A DNA stretch of 24,000 bases. It comes from an uncultured Gammaproteobacteria bacterium (lineage in GTDB: Bacteria; Pseudomonadota; Gammaproteobacteria; Xanthomonadales; Rhodanobacteraceae). Location of the stretch: positions 495 through 24,494 of the forward strand of contig CAWDBD010000005.1 in NCBI GenBank assembly GCA_963800395.1, in the 5' to 3' direction. A model generated the notes under the pieces. It saw only the letters and a list, made by a program, of their open reading frames with translations. It did not search any database and was not told where the DNA came from. The stretch's first letter is position 1; each line of letters starts with the position of its first letter. Position numbers and translations under genes: made by a program. Below are positions 6,232 through 15,746 of the stretch, one piece after another.

Positions 6232-6663
6232 CTAGAAGGGCTTCACCACCACAAGCACCACAATGGCAATCAGGAGCAGCGACGGTATCTCGTTGAACAG
6301 CCGCAGCCAGCGGCTGGAATAGCGCACGTCATCGCGGGCAAACTGCCCGGTCATGCGAACCAGCATGAGGTGGTAGGCAATCAGCACAAGCACCAGCAGC
6401 AGCTTGGCCTGCAACCAGTAATTGTGGGCCACATACCCGGGCACATGTTGCTGCCACCAGCCCAGCAGGGCCAGGCCGAAAGTGACAGCCAGCATGCCGC
6501 CAATGTGGGTAATCATGAGCAGACGCCGCTGCATCACTTTCAGGCGTTCGCGAATCACCGCTTCACCGGCCTCGGCATGATAGATAAACAAGCGCGGCAG
6601 GTAGAACAGGCCGGCAAACCAGGTAACAACGAAAATGATGTGAAAGGCCTTGAGCCAGAGCAT
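6232..6663 (-). CDS. hemJ: Protoporphyrinogen IX oxidase HemJ (UPF0093 membrane protein)
   Basis: Starting at the ATG at 6663: MLWLKAFHIIFVVTWFAGLFYLPRLFIYHAE...LMITHIGGMLAVTFGLALL...AKLLLVLVLIAYH. This gives about 143 aa with four TM helices and the typical HemJ N-terminus. The track start at 6795 is an over-extension. Confidence 0.8.
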   Translation of the reverse strand: MLWLKAFHIIFVVTWFAGLFYLPRLFIYHAEAGEAVIRERLKVMQRRLLMITHIGGMLAVTFGLALLGWWQQHVPGYVAHNYWLQAKLLLVLVLIAYHLMLVRMTGQFARDDVRYSSRWLRLFNEIPSLLLIAIVVLVVVKPF

Positions 6664-6807
6664 GGCGCATGTCCGGAGAGCAGTGAGGTCAGACCATAGT
6701 GTCACGTAGCCTGGCAATTTTGCCACTTTGCCAGAAAAACACTGCGCGCCGCGCATGTAGAATGGCAAAATGACACACCACGCAGATCGTCTCATGAGAG
6801 CAGTTCA

Positions 6808-7548
6808 TTGAGTTCGCGGCCCCAGTTCGAGGTGCGCCGGCTTGACCCGTCGACGCGCTGGCGCAAACGCCTTATGCTGCTGCTGATGTTGCTGGTTTCC
6901 GCAGCAGGTGGACTGGCTGCCGGCCTCTGGTGGGGCGCCCGCACGGCACCGCCGAGGGAGTCGCCGGCACCTGCCATACCGATGGTCGGCAAATCGAGCA
7001 CGGCGCAGGCCACGGCGCAGCAGATCGTGACACTCAAGCGATCCGAACAGGTCGCACGCATCGCGGCGCAGGACTTGCGCAAGACCCTGGCGGACCGCGA
7101 GGAGGAAATCAGCGCCTTGCGCGCGGACCTGGCGTTCTACTCGCACCTGGTCGGCAGCGGCGAACAAGGCAACGAGCTCACCGTGCATGGCGTGCACCTG
7201 CAACCCGTCAGCGGCTCACGCGCCTGGAACGCGACCATCACCCTCACCCAGAACTCGCGTCGTGGCAAGGACAATCACGGCGCCATCACGCTCGCCGTGG
7301 AGGGGGTGCGGGATGGTAAGCTGATCCTGGTGAAGTGGCCGCAACTGGCAGCACCCGATCAAGTGAAGGGCATACCCTACGCATTCAAGTATTTTCAGCA
7401 GTTGCATGCCACCATGATGCTGCCGGACAACTTCACCCCCAATCGCTTGCGAGTACGGGTCAATCCATCAAGCGGAAAGGACATCATGCACAGCATGGCC
7501 TGGTCAGACGCCCTGAAGTCGGCGGAGGAAAACAATGTTCAACAATAG
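6808..7548 (+). CDS. Membrane-anchored conserved protein (DUF6776-like) that commonly precedes bactofilin
   Basis: TTG start: MSSRPQFEVRRLDPSTRWRKRLMLLLMLLVSAAGGLAAGLWW. It has one TM helix, a coiled-coil-like segment (DLRKTLADREEEISALRADLAFY) and a beta-rich C-terminus. It overlaps the bactofilin gene by 14 nt. The family assignment is from memory of Xanthomonadales annotation and is not verified. Confidence 0.65.
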   Translation: MSSRPQFEVRRLDPSTRWRKRLMLLLMLLVSAAGGLAAGLWWGARTAPPRESPAPAIPMVGKSSTAQATAQQIVTLKRSEQVARIAAQDLRKTLADREEEISALRADLAFYSHLVGSGEQGNELTVHGVHLQPVSGSRAWNATITLTQNSRRGKDNHGAITLAVEGVRDGKLILVKWPQLAAPDQVKGIPYAFKYFQQLHATMMLPDNFTPNRLRVRVNPSSGKDIMHSMAWSDALKSAEENNVQQ

Positions 7549-7978
7549 CAGCAAGAACCCGAAGTCAAACAGCGATTCAACCACCATCATTGCGCGTGGC
7601 GTAGTGGTACGCGGCGACATCCAGTTCAGCGGCAGCCTGCACCTGGAGGGCCGGGTGGAAGGCACCATCAGCGCAGCGGCCGAGGAGAAGGCCCTGTTCA
7701 CGCTGAGCCAGAGCGGCAGCGTGCAAGGCGAAGTTCAGGTTCCACGCGCGGTGATCGACGGTGAAGTCGAAGGCAACATTCACTGCAGCGACTGCCTGGA
7801 GCTGGCGGCCGGGGCAAAAATCAAGGGTGACGTGCACTACCGTGTTCTGGAGATGGCTGCCGGCGCGACCGTCAATGGCCGCATGATGCACGAGACCGAG
7901 GCTCCGCCTCAGTTGACCCAGTTCACCGACACGGATGAGATTGATGAAGCCGCTGATCGCGAGGCTGCGCACGCCTGA
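7535..7978 (+). CDS. Bactofilin (polymer-forming cytoskeletal protein, DUF583)
   Basis: TTIIARGVVVRGDIQFSGSLHLEGRVEGTISAA...VQGEVQVPRAVIDGEVEGNIHCSDCLELAAGAKIKGDVHYRVLEMAAGATVNG is the characteristic bactofilin beta-helical repeat. A GGAGGA SD lies upstream of the ATG. Confidence 0.9.
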   Translation: MFNNSSKNPKSNSDSTTIIARGVVVRGDIQFSGSLHLEGRVEGTISAAAEEKALFTLSQSGSVQGEVQVPRAVIDGEVEGNIHCSDCLELAAGAKIKGDVHYRVLEMAAGATVNGRMMHETEAPPQLTQFTDTDEIDEAADREAAHA

Positions 7979-8017
7979 ACACCCGGATTTCTGCCTGAAC
8001 CTGCCGGTCGCATCGGG

Positions 8018-9553
8018 GTGAAACGGCGCGTTCGCTCTGCGGCTGTATCCCCGGGTCGCACATGGTTGCGGCCGGTGGCGGTGAGCATAGCCCTGGCCTT
8101 GAGCGGGGCCGCGCAGGCACAAACGGCTGCGCCCGGCCTGCGCACCAGCAGCGATGCACGCATCTTCAGGCATTGGGCCACGCCTGGCCAGAGCGCACTC
8201 GATGCGCCGTCACGCGCCGGCGCGGGGCAGACACTGGTGGTTGGCAACTGCAGCGATGCCGGCGCGGGCTCGCTGCGCGACACCCTGGCCATGGCCGCCG
8301 ACGGTGACACGCTGGATCTGAGCGGACTGCAGTGCGGGCGGATCCAGCTTGAAACGGGCGTACTGAAGGTGATGGCCGATGACATCCATCTGGTCGGGCC
8401 CGGTGCCGACAAGCTGATGATCGACGGTGGTGGTACCGACCGGGTGCTGATCGACCCATACAGCCTGCTGACCATCTCCGGTCTCACCATCGGCAATGGC
8501 GTCAACCGGACCACGGGTTTTCATGTCGCCGGTGGCGGTTGCATCGCCGCAGCCGGCGAGCTGAGGCTGGTGGACAGCATTGTCAGCGGCTGCCTCGCTG
8601 CGGGCGAGGGGGCCTACGGCGGCGCGCTTTATGCGTTCGCACTGACGATGCAGGGAAGCACGATATCGGGCAGCACCGCCTACGGCTATCTTCCTGGTAC
8701 CGGCACCGCGGCCAATGGCGGCGCCGCCTTCGTCTATCAGCTGGATATGGTTGCAAGCACCATAAGCAACAACCACGCCAGCCATTTTGCCGACCCGCCA
8801 CGCTCGAGCTACGACGTTGGCGGTGGGGTGATGGCCGTGCGCGGGGGGCGTATCAGTGCCAGCACCTTCGCTCAAAATCAAGCCGGTGATCGCGGTGGTG
8901 CCGTCAACAGCCTGAATGATCTTTCCATTGCCAACAGCACGCTGGCCGGCAACAGCGTGATCGGAGGGCGCGGGGGTGCCATCTACATGCGTCGCCCTGC
9001 TCGCCTGGCGCTGAACAACGTCACGCTGTCTGGCAATCATGCCGCCGAAGGCGGCGCCCTGCACCTGACTGATGGCGGCGCCAACGTGGTCAGCAGCATC
9101 ATCGCCGGCAACTACGCCGATTCGGTTGCCGGCAGCAACAACATCTCCAGCACATCGTCCCTGGTGCTCGACGGCGACCACAATCTCATCGGCAACGGGC
9201 ACGCCGGCATCACGCTGCCCGCCGACACCGTGGATGCGGACCCGCAGCTTCTGCCGCTGGCGGACAATGGCGGACCGACCCTCACCATGGCGCTCTCACC
9301 GGGCAGCCTCGCGATTGATGCCGGCAGCAACCCGCTTGCTGCCGCCTTTGACCAGCGCGGGCCCGGCTATCCGCGGGTGCTCGACAGTGCTGCCGACATC
9401 GGCGCCTTTGAAGGCACCGCCGTCCCGTTTGTGCCGGTACCGGGTCTCAGCGGGGAGTGGACGGCATGGCTCAGTCTGCTGCTGGGCGGTTTCGCCCTGT
9501 TCAGCTTGGGCGCCGCGCGCGGCCGCGATGGCGTTACAATAGACCGATCATGA
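8018..9553 (+). CDS. Secreted right-handed beta-helix repeat protein (Pmp / choice-of-anchor-Q-like) with an IPTL-CTERM-like C-terminal anchor
   Basis: GTG start. The signal peptide ends ...[11 protein letters not shown]. The N-terminal motif is [27 protein letters not shown]. At least five GGA[ILV]...[ST]xxxN repeats are present (GGALYAF, GGAAFVY, GGAVNSL, GGAIYMR, GGALHLT, with [40 protein letters not shown]). The C-terminus is [34 protein letters not shown]. The start could instead be the TTG at codon 17. Confidence 0.75.
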   Translation: MKRRVRSAAVSPGRTWLRPVAVSIALALSGAAQAQTAAPGLRTSSDARIFRHWATPGQSALDAPSRAGAGQTLVVGNCSDAGAGSLRDTLAMAADGDTLDLSGLQCGRIQLETGVLKVMADDIHLVGPGADKLMIDGGGTDRVLIDPYSLLTISGLTIGNGVNRTTGFHVAGGGCIAAAGELRLVDSIVSGCLAAGEGAYGGALYAFALTMQGSTISGSTAYGYLPGTGTAANGGAAFVYQLDMVASTISNNHASHFADPPRSSYDVGGGVMAVRGGRISASTFAQNQAGDRGGAVNSLNDLSIANSTLAGNSVIGGRGGAIYMRRPARLALNNVTLSGNHAAEGGALHLTDGGANVVSSIIAGNYADSVAGSNNISSTSSLVLDGDHNLIGNGHAGITLPADTVDADPQLLPLADNGGPTLTMALSPGSLAIDAGSNPLAAAFDQRGPGYPRVLDSAADIGAFEGTAVPFVPVPGLSGEWTAWLSLLLGGFALFSLGAARGRDGVTIDRS

Positions 9554-9921
9554 GTACGGTCACAGAAACAACCCCCGACTACCGCAGTGGCGACGCGCCA
9601 CTGACCTTCACTTCGGCTGCCGCGCACAAGGTGCGCGAGCTGATCGAGGAGGAAGGCAATGCGGACCTGAAGCTGCGCGTGTACATCAACGGTGGTGGCT
9701 GCTCGGGATTCCAGTACGGCTTCAGCTTCGATGAGGAGCAGGCCGAGGACGACCTGGCACTGGATCGCGAGGGCGTCCGCCTGCTGGTTGACCCGCTGTC
9801 GCTGCAATACCTGACCGGCGCCGAGATCGACTACGCCGAGGACCTCAGTGGTGCGCAGTTCGTGATACGCAATCCGGCCGCGCGCACCACGTGCAGCTGT
9901 GGCTCCTCGTTCTCTGTCTGA
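9550..9921 (+). CDS. erpA: Iron-sulfur cluster insertion protein ErpA (A-type carrier)
   Basis: [63 protein letters not shown]...[19 protein letters not shown] carries the canonical CSGF...C-x-C-G-x-SF signature. Its ATG overlaps the upstream stop (ATGA). Confidence 0.95.
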   Translation: MSTVTETTPDYRSGDAPLTFTSAAAHKVRELIEEEGNADLKLRVYINGGGCSGFQYGFSFDEEQAEDDLALDREGVRLLVDPLSLQYLTGAEIDYAEDLSGAQFVIRNPAARTTCSCGSSFSV

Positions 9922-10867
9922 CGTGAGCGCAGCACAGCGCACCCGCCACAATACCTTTACCGATATCGGGCTGGATCGCGCCGCCGAGCGGCGCCATGAC
10001 CAGGACTGGCTAGCGCAGCTGCAGCAATCACCGCAATGCCGGTATTTGGTGGTCGACGCCGACGGGCAGGTGCTGGTCAACGCGGATGGCGAGGCACCCT
10101 GCTGGCTGGATGCGAGCAGCCGCGCCAGGGTGTTGCCGCATGTGCCGGCCAGCCTTCTGGGAGTGGACGGCGAGAGCGCACATTTCCTCATTCATGTTGA
10201 TCACGACAACGAGCCGGCTCTGGCAAAGCTTGAAGGCGTCCAGCGCATGGGGCTGCGCAAGCTTGCCGACCAGTTCAATGCCTTCGATGCCGGCCTGTGC
10301 GCCTATGCCTGCGGCCTGGCACACTGGCAGGCCAGCATGCGCTACTGCAACAGTTGCGGCGCCAACCTCGCATTTCGTGATGCCGGGCATCGCGCACAGT
10401 GCAGCAACGAAGCCTGCGCAAAGATGCATTTTCCGCGTACCGATCCGGCCATCATCGTCATCGTCGAACACGATGGCGCGTGCCTGCTGGGGCGCCAGGC
10501 GAACTGGCCGCAGGAGCTGTTTTCAACCCTGGCCGGTTTCGTCGAGCCCGGTGAAGCACTGGAAGACGCGGTACGGCGCGAAGTCGCCGAGGAATCGGGT
10601 GTCGAAGTCATCGATTGCGAATACCACTCCTCGCAACCCTGGCCGTTCCCCGCATCACTGATGCTGGGTTTCACCGCCACCGCATCCGGCCGCGACGTGG
10701 CCTTGCGCGACGGCGAGCTGGCCGAGGCACGCTGGTTCACGCCCGAAGACATCGTGGCCGGGCTGGGCAACGGCTCGCTGAAATTGCCCTCGTCGCTGTC
10801 GGTGTCCTGGCATCTGCTCGACCACTGGTTGCGCGAGCGCGGCGGTATCGCCCTCGACACCTTGTAG
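9899..10867 (+). CDS. nudC: NAD+ diphosphatase / NADH pyrophosphatase NudC
   Basis: It has the zinc ribbon (CNSCGANL...[20 protein letters not shown]), the Nudix box ([23 protein letters not shown]) and the NudC-specific [14 protein letters not shown]. The start is GTG at 9899 (overlapping erpA) or GTG at 9923; I cannot decide between them. Confidence 0.9.
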   Translation: MAPRSLSDVSAAQRTRHNTFTDIGLDRAAERRHDQDWLAQLQQSPQCRYLVVDADGQVLVNADGEAPCWLDASSRARVLPHVPASLLGVDGESAHFLIHVDHDNEPALAKLEGVQRMGLRKLADQFNAFDAGLCAYACGLAHWQASMRYCNSCGANLAFRDAGHRAQCSNEACAKMHFPRTDPAIIVIVEHDGACLLGRQANWPQELFSTLAGFVEPGEALEDAVRREVAEESGVEVIDCEYHSSQPWPFPASLMLGFTATASGRDVALRDGELAEARWFTPEDIVAGLGNGSLKLPSSLSVSWHLLDHWLRERGGIALDTL

Positions 10868-10889
10868 CACGCACACGGCCCGCCCCGGC

Positions 10890-12221
10890 CTATTTCTGCG
10901 CGGGGACCTCGTCGCCCGGGTGCTTGTAGATCACCCCCGCCTTCATCACGAAATCCACCTTGCGCAGGACACCGATATCGCGGGTCGGATCACCCGCGAC
11001 CGCGATCAGGTCGGCCTGCAGGCCTGGCATGATGCGTCCGATGCGATCCGCCAGACGCAGAATCCGCGCATCGACCGCCGTGGCCGCCAGCAAGGCGTTG
11101 CCCGGCGACATGCCATCGCGGACCATCCATTCCAGCTCCCTGTAATTCTCGCCATGCGGAAACACGCCGACGTCGCTGCCATTGCCGATGGTGACGCCGG
11201 CCTCGCGCGCCAGCTTGAAGGCACGGGCGGCCTGGTTGATGCGCTCGTCGGGCGGGTCGCCCGGCTTCCAGCCGCCGAAGTACTGCGCATAGGCGGCCGT
11301 CGCCGCCAGTGTCGGCAACAAGGCCACATGGTGCTTGTGCATCAAGGCGAACACCTCGGCGGTGCCGCCGTAGCCGTGCTCGATGGTGTCGACGCCGGCC
11401 AGTACCGCACGCCGCATGCCCTCGGCCGTGGTGGCGTGGGCGGATACCGGCAGGCCCAGCGAATGGGCGGTCTCGACCCCCGCCCTCAGCTCGTCCAGGC
11501 TGAAGGTCGGCACCGCGCCATGGCTTTTGCCGCAGTGATAGTCGGCGTAGAGCTTGATCCAGTCCGCGCCGTGTCCGGCCTGCATGCGCACCGCGTCGAT
11601 CATCTGCGCCGTTCCGCTGACCGGCAGGCCGCCCTGGGGAAGATCCAGATCGTCACGAAAACCGGACGGCCCGGGGCCATAACAATGTGCGGCGATCGTG
11701 GCGCGGGTGGCCACCAGCAGTCGCGGCCCGGCAATCAGGCCGTCATCAATGGCCTTCTGCACCGACACGTCGGCGTAGCCCGCACCTTCGGTACCGAGGT
11801 CACGCAGGGTGGTGAACCCGGCCATCAGATCGGCCCGCGCATGCTGCCCCGCTTCCAGGGTCCGGTACGGCACGGACTCCTTGAGCACCTGGTCATTCCA
11901 CAGGGTCTCGTTGTAGGGATGAAGAAACACATGCGAGTGTGCGTCGATCAGGCCGGGCAGCAGGGTCATGCCCGGCAGGTCGACGGTTTCGGCATCCGCA
12001 GGTATCTGGGTATCCGATGCTGCGCCCACGGCCTTGATCTTGCCGTTCTCGACCACAACCACCCAGCCGGCGTGGGTCGCGCTGCTTTGCGCATCGAACA
12101 CGCGCTCGGGCTTGAGCAGATAGGCATGACTGTCAGCGCCCAGTGCGCTGCCGGCCGTCACGGCCAGAAGCGCGGCGAAGGCAAGCAGAACCCGATGACC
12201 GAAGCGTGCTGCGGATCTCAT
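10890..12221 (-). CDS. Secreted metal-dependent amidohydrolase family protein
   Basis: The signal peptide is [29 protein letters not shown]. The metal-binding motif is [13 protein letters not shown], followed by later H/D ligands (VSAHATT, IEHG, GSDVG). A strong AAGGGGAGAG SD precedes the ATG. The substrate cannot be called. Confidence 0.85.
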   Translation of the reverse strand: MRSAARFGHRVLLAFAALLAVTAGSALGADSHAYLLKPERVFDAQSSATHAGWVVVVENGKIKAVGAASDTQIPADAETVDLPGMTLLPGLIDAHSHVFLHPYNETLWNDQVLKESVPYRTLEAGQHARADLMAGFTTLRDLGTEGAGYADVSVQKAIDDGLIAGPRLLVATRATIAAHCYGPGPSGFRDDLDLPQGGLPVSGTAQMIDAVRMQAGHGADWIKLYADYHCGKSHGAVPTFSLDELRAGVETAHSLGLPVSAHATTAEGMRRAVLAGVDTIEHGYGGTAEVFALMHKHHVALLPTLAATAAYAQYFGGWKPGDPPDERINQAARAFKLAREAGVTIGNGSDVGVFPHGENYRELEWMVRDGMSPGNALLAATAVDARILRLADRIGRIMPGLQADLIAVAGDPTRDIGVLRKVDFVMKAGVIYKHPGDEVPAQK

Positions 12222-12357
12222 GACACTCTCCCCTTGAATGACGTCCGCATACTCTAGCGCGTCAGGCGTTGCTGCCGAAGCGTCATGTCTGCGTGGCCAG
12301 GATGCAGCTGAGCGGATGTCTTGGGATCAAGTTGCAGATTATGGACACTCGCGCTGC

Positions 12358-12375
12358 GAGTCCCGAGTCCCGAGT
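12358..12375. repeat. Heptamer tandem repeat (GAGTCCC) x2.6
   Basis: GAGTCCCGAGTCCCGAGT abuts the stop codon (12376-12378) of the pilus tip gene. It uses the same unit and orientation as the array at 22416-22450. Confidence 0.7.
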
Positions 12376-13365
12376 TCAGTACGTCACCGACACCGTGATC
12401 GTGTCCGAATAGGTGCCGGCGCTGGGCGTGATCTGGCTGGGCACGCGCCCATATACGGTACGGTTCTGGCTGCCGCCGTTGCCGGTGCCATTGACGGTAT
12501 CGGTGCCGGGATTGTTGCCCCAGCGCTGACTTCGCCCGTTGTTGCGATACAACTCGTATTGCACGTACCCCCCGGGGCCCTGCATGCGTCGGGTGTTGCC
12601 GCTGGCATGCATGCCGTTGTCCAGGCCGATTTTCCAGGCCGTGCCGCTGACACAGGTGACGCCGATGGATGAGGTGGCATCGTGCGGGCCGCCGCTATCG
12701 AGCAGGCCGGCGTTGCCGAAGTTCATGTTGGTGGCGGTAACGGTGCAGGTAGGCTGTACGTTGGCGGTGACCGTCCAGTTGCTGAAATTGCCCGCATCGT
12801 CGCCCGTCTGGCCGCAACTGCCGGAGCCGTTGAAGTAAAGCTGGCCCGTGATCTCGACATCCGGATAGCTGAACGTGGCGCTGTAGCTGCCGCTGGTCGC
12901 CGCGGGCTGATTGCCGAACAAGCGACCGTAGATCGGTATGGTGCCTGACACCGTGCTGTACCGACTGATGTAGAAATCACGCACCACTGGATTGGGATAG
13001 GTACCCGAGGAGACCGCACCCCAGACCGAACTGCGACTGGCATTGGTGTAGACCTGAAACGGGAGGTTGCCGCCGGGACCCTGGATCTGACGGTTGCCGC
13101 CATTGAGGCCCAATGGCCCGTTGCCGATGTTGAAGCAAACGTGGGCGTTGTAGTTGGTGTGGGTATAGCTGGTGCAACTCCAGGTCAGCGTGGCGGCAAC
13201 ATCCGTGTTGGCCGGCTGCGAGGTATCGACAGTACCGAAATTGAGCGTCGTGGCACTGGCCTGGCACAGCACCGGGTCGGCGGCCTGCGCGGTACGCGGC
13301 AACAGCGCGCCTCCGGTCAGAAACAGACCAAGCAAACCAAGGCGTGCGATCAGGTTGATACTCAT
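12376..13365 (-). CDS. Two-domain spore-coat-U (SCPU) fimbrial subunit, CsuE-like tip/adhesin
   Basis: 329 aa with a signal peptide (...PRTAQA-A) and two SCPU-like halves, each with a Cys pair. The C-terminus, TVYGRVPSQITPSAGTYSDTITVSVTY, parallels the major pilin. Its ATG overlaps the usher stop (ATGA at 13362-13365). Confidence 0.85.
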   Translation of the reverse strand: MSINLIARLGLLGLFLTGGALLPRTAQAADPVLCQASATTLNFGTVDTSQPANTDVAATLTWSCTSYTHTNYNAHVCFNIGNGPLGLNGGNRQIQGPGGNLPFQVYTNASRSSVWGAVSSGTYPNPVVRDFYISRYSTVSGTIPIYGRLFGNQPAATSGSYSATFSYPDVEITGQLYFNGSGSCGQTGDDAGNFSNWTVTANVQPTCTVTATNMNFGNAGLLDSGGPHDATSSIGVTCVSGTAWKIGLDNGMHASGNTRRMQGPGGYVQYELYRNNGRSQRWGNNPGTDTVNGTGNGGSQNRTVYGRVPSQITPSAGTYSDTITVSVTY

Positions 13366-15746
13366 GGCGAATCCTTGCGGCAGGTAACCGGGCCGATCTG
13401 CGGCACTGTTCCACTACCCTTGGGATAGTCGAAGCTGGCGTGGCAGCGGCTGCTATCGGTCTGCACGCTGATTGTGTTGTGTTGCTCGAGCGACTCCAGA
13501 AAGGCGATGCCGTCATAACCGACCACGCTGGCTGCGCCTGCATGGCCCGCAAGGCGCACGCGACTGCCGACCGGCAGCGGCTGGCCGTTTTCGTCGACCA
13601 GCACGATGCTGGCGGCACGCATCGGCTTGATGCCGAAGTCTACCAAGGTGCCGGAGCTGTCGCGCGGGGTGGCCACGGTCCTGACGCGCTCGATGCGGAC
13701 GTCGGCCGGCAGCTTCATCGGGTCGATCTCCAGCTTGTTTTCCTGCCATGCGTTGAGCGGCGTCACCAGCAGCATGCCATCGCCGTCGGTCCGGCCGATC
13801 ACGCGGTTTTCCAGCTTCACCGGCACATCAGCAACGCCGTCGGTGGACACTACGGCAAAGGCATTGTCGACTCGTCGCGCGGCAAAGGCGTGTCCGCCCA
13901 TCAGCACCAGTGAACCGGTCGCCTCGGCGTAGCCGTACTGGCCGCCCCCGCTGCTTCCCAGGCCGGCGCGCAGCTCACCATAGCGTCCGCGGTAGCCGGC
14001 CTCGGCCAGACCGCTGTGATCGCCATCGCCCAGGCGCGCCTGGCTGCGCCAGCCGAAGCCGCCATCGCCGGGAATCGGCTTGCTGGCATTGAGGTTCAGG
14101 TGGGTGCTGCCCTGATCGTGCTGCAGCGAGCCGCCCAGCTGGAGGTGGTGGTCCAGGCTCAGTGCCATGCCCAGAAAGATGCTGCGATCCTGGTGGTTGT
14201 CCAGGTTCTGATTGAGGCTCAGGTTGACCGCCAGCCTGCCGAAGGCCTTCGACCAGAAGCCGTTGGCATAGCGTGACCCGGTCTGGCCCGGATAGCGCAG
14301 GTTGAGGTAGCTGGTGCTGAAACTTCCGGCATGGTTGCTGCTGTAGCCGATCAGCGCACGTTCGCTGACGCTGGGTGGCAGGCTGCCGTAGCGCGAGGCC
14401 ACATCACGCCAATCGCCCTGGGTGCGGGTCGAGTCCAGGCTGAGGTTGAAATGACGGTTGCGCCAGCTGTAGCCGATGTTGGTCAGCGAGCCGCTACCGC
14501 TACGATTGCTGCTGTGTGCCCACGAGCCATGCACGACGCCGGCCTGACCCAGCAGCATCACCCCGCCCGCACCGGCGTTGATCAGGCCATTGATGGCCTC
14601 GGCATGCGCCTTGACCGTGACGCTGTCGCTGACACCATGGCGCCAGGTACCGCTGGCAGCCGGATCGTGGCCGTAGTCGAATGAAGTCAGGCCGTAATTC
14701 TCGCGCACAAAGCCGACCGAGCCCGACCAGTCCGACAGACCCTTCTGCAGCAGCTGGTTGGTGGTGTAGAACGGGAAATCCAGCGTGGTCGAGCGGCCCA
14801 TGGCATCGGTCAGTACCACCTGTGCATCGCCGCTTCCGGTAATCACCGGCGGGCCATTGAGTTCGAACGGGCCGGGGTTGACCTTGCCGCTGTACTGCTG
14901 GATGCCGTTGACATACAACTCGACATCCGAGGGTGTGGTGGCCTGACCTGTGAACACCGGAATTGGCGTGGTCACGCGGTACGGCTGCAGGGCAAAGTTG
15001 CGCGACAGCTGTACGCCGCCGATACGGGTAGGCCGCGACCAGTCCAGCGCGCCGGTGAGTGTGTCGCCTACGGTCAGGGTCAGCATGTGTCCCGGAAACG
15101 AGCGACGCCAGAAGCTGTCGAGGCGCACCGAACGGCTTCTCCAGCCCGAGGCTTTCTGGTGGTTGGCCTGCATCAGGAAGCTGGAGTCGAAAAGGCCCGC
15201 ATTGCCGAACGCGCGCAGTTCGCTGAAGTTGCTCAGGCTGCCCAGGCCGTCGCTGCCCCGGCTGCCATACAGGTCGTAGTTGAGCAGCAGGCCGGGCGAG
15301 GCGGTAGCGTGCGGTACCGTGGCATGCCTTGTGTTGAGCATGCTGGGAGCCACGTTGAGCATGTCCACCGGCACCAGCAGGTTGAGGCGCTGATTGGCGG
15401 CATCGTAATCGACCTGTGCGCCGGGCAGCGTGTTCAGCGCCAGCGGATCGGGTAGCCCGGCCGGCAGCTTGATGCCCAGTTGCGCAAGCGTGGCCTGGCT
15501 GGCCCAGATCTGGTCGCCGTGCAGGGCAAACTGCACCAGCTTGCCGGTCGGGCGGCCGTTGAGCACCACGTCCAGGTACAGCGCACTGTCGACGCCGCCC
15601 ATGTCCAGGCCGCTGGCGTCATTGATGACCGACGGGCCGGTATTCGAGTACGCAACCGAGGCACTACCGGCGAAGGCGCAGATCGGGAGCAGCAGGCTAG
15701 TGAGCGTCAGTGTCAAGCGACACTGTCGGAGTGACAGTTTCACCAT
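13362..15746 (-). CDS. Fimbrial outer-membrane usher
   Basis: 794 aa with a signal peptide (LLLPICAFA-G). It has the usher N-terminal domain (LYLDVVLNGRPTGKLVQF), a large beta-barrel and C-terminal Ig-like domains (LENRVIGRTDGDGMLLV). It sits between the chaperone and tip genes. The start may be the TTG at 15716. Confidence 0.9.
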   Translation of the reverse strand: MVKLSLRQCRLTLTLTSLLLPICAFAGSASVAYSNTGPSVINDASGLDMGGVDSALYLDVVLNGRPTGKLVQFALHGDQIWASQATLAQLGIKLPAGLPDPLALNTLPGAQVDYDAANQRLNLLVPVDMLNVAPSMLNTRHATVPHATASPGLLLNYDLYGSRGSDGLGSLSNFSELRAFGNAGLFDSSFLMQANHQKASGWRSRSVRLDSFWRRSFPGHMLTLTVGDTLTGALDWSRPTRIGGVQLSRNFALQPYRVTTPIPVFTGQATTPSDVELYVNGIQQYSGKVNPGPFELNGPPVITGSGDAQVVLTDAMGRSTTLDFPFYTTNQLLQKGLSDWSGSVGFVRENYGLTSFDYGHDPAASGTWRHGVSDSVTVKAHAEAINGLINAGAGGVMLLGQAGVVHGSWAHSSNRSGSGSLTNIGYSWRNRHFNLSLDSTRTQGDWRDVASRYGSLPPSVSERALIGYSSNHAGSFSTSYLNLRYPGQTGSRYANGFWSKAFGRLAVNLSLNQNLDNHQDRSIFLGMALSLDHHLQLGGSLQHDQGSTHLNLNASKPIPGDGGFGWRSQARLGDGDHSGLAEAGYRGRYGELRAGLGSSGGGQYGYAEATGSLVLMGGHAFAARRVDNAFAVVSTDGVADVPVKLENRVIGRTDGDGMLLVTPLNAWQENKLEIDPMKLPADVRIERVRTVATPRDSSGTLVDFGIKPMRAASIVLVDENGQPLPVGSRVRLAGHAGAASVVGYDGIAFLESLEQHNTISVQTDSSRCHASFDYPKGSGTVPQIGPVTCRKDSP

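Noticed and set aside
6711-6775. TGGCA/TGCCA repeats (CTGGCAATTTTGCCACTTTGCCAG and TGGCAAAATGACA) between hemJ and the DUF6776-like gene, considered as a sigma54 promoter.
   Set aside because: On both strands the GG-to-GC spacing is wrong: 9 or 17 nt instead of the required 12. It may still be a dyad operator for an unknown regulator, but I have no support for that.
6808-7978. The DUF6776-like plus bactofilin pair, considered as a novel cytoskeletal system.
   Set aside because: To my knowledge this is a conserved, commonly annotated gene pair in this lineage. Nothing in the sequence departs from the usual pattern apart from the 14-nt overlap.
10920-12257. 445-aa + strand ORF spanning the whole amidohydrolase gene. 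Similar long ORFs occur at 8210-9202(-), 17052-18581(-), 18349-19695(-), 19794-20720(+), 4414-5175(+), 9367-10191(-) and 22576-23472(+).
   Set aside because: These are antisense shadow ORFs typical of GC-rich DNA. Their translations are Arg/Ala/Gly/Pro-rich and low in complexity, with no recognisable motifs. The opposite strand encodes proteins with clear family signatures.
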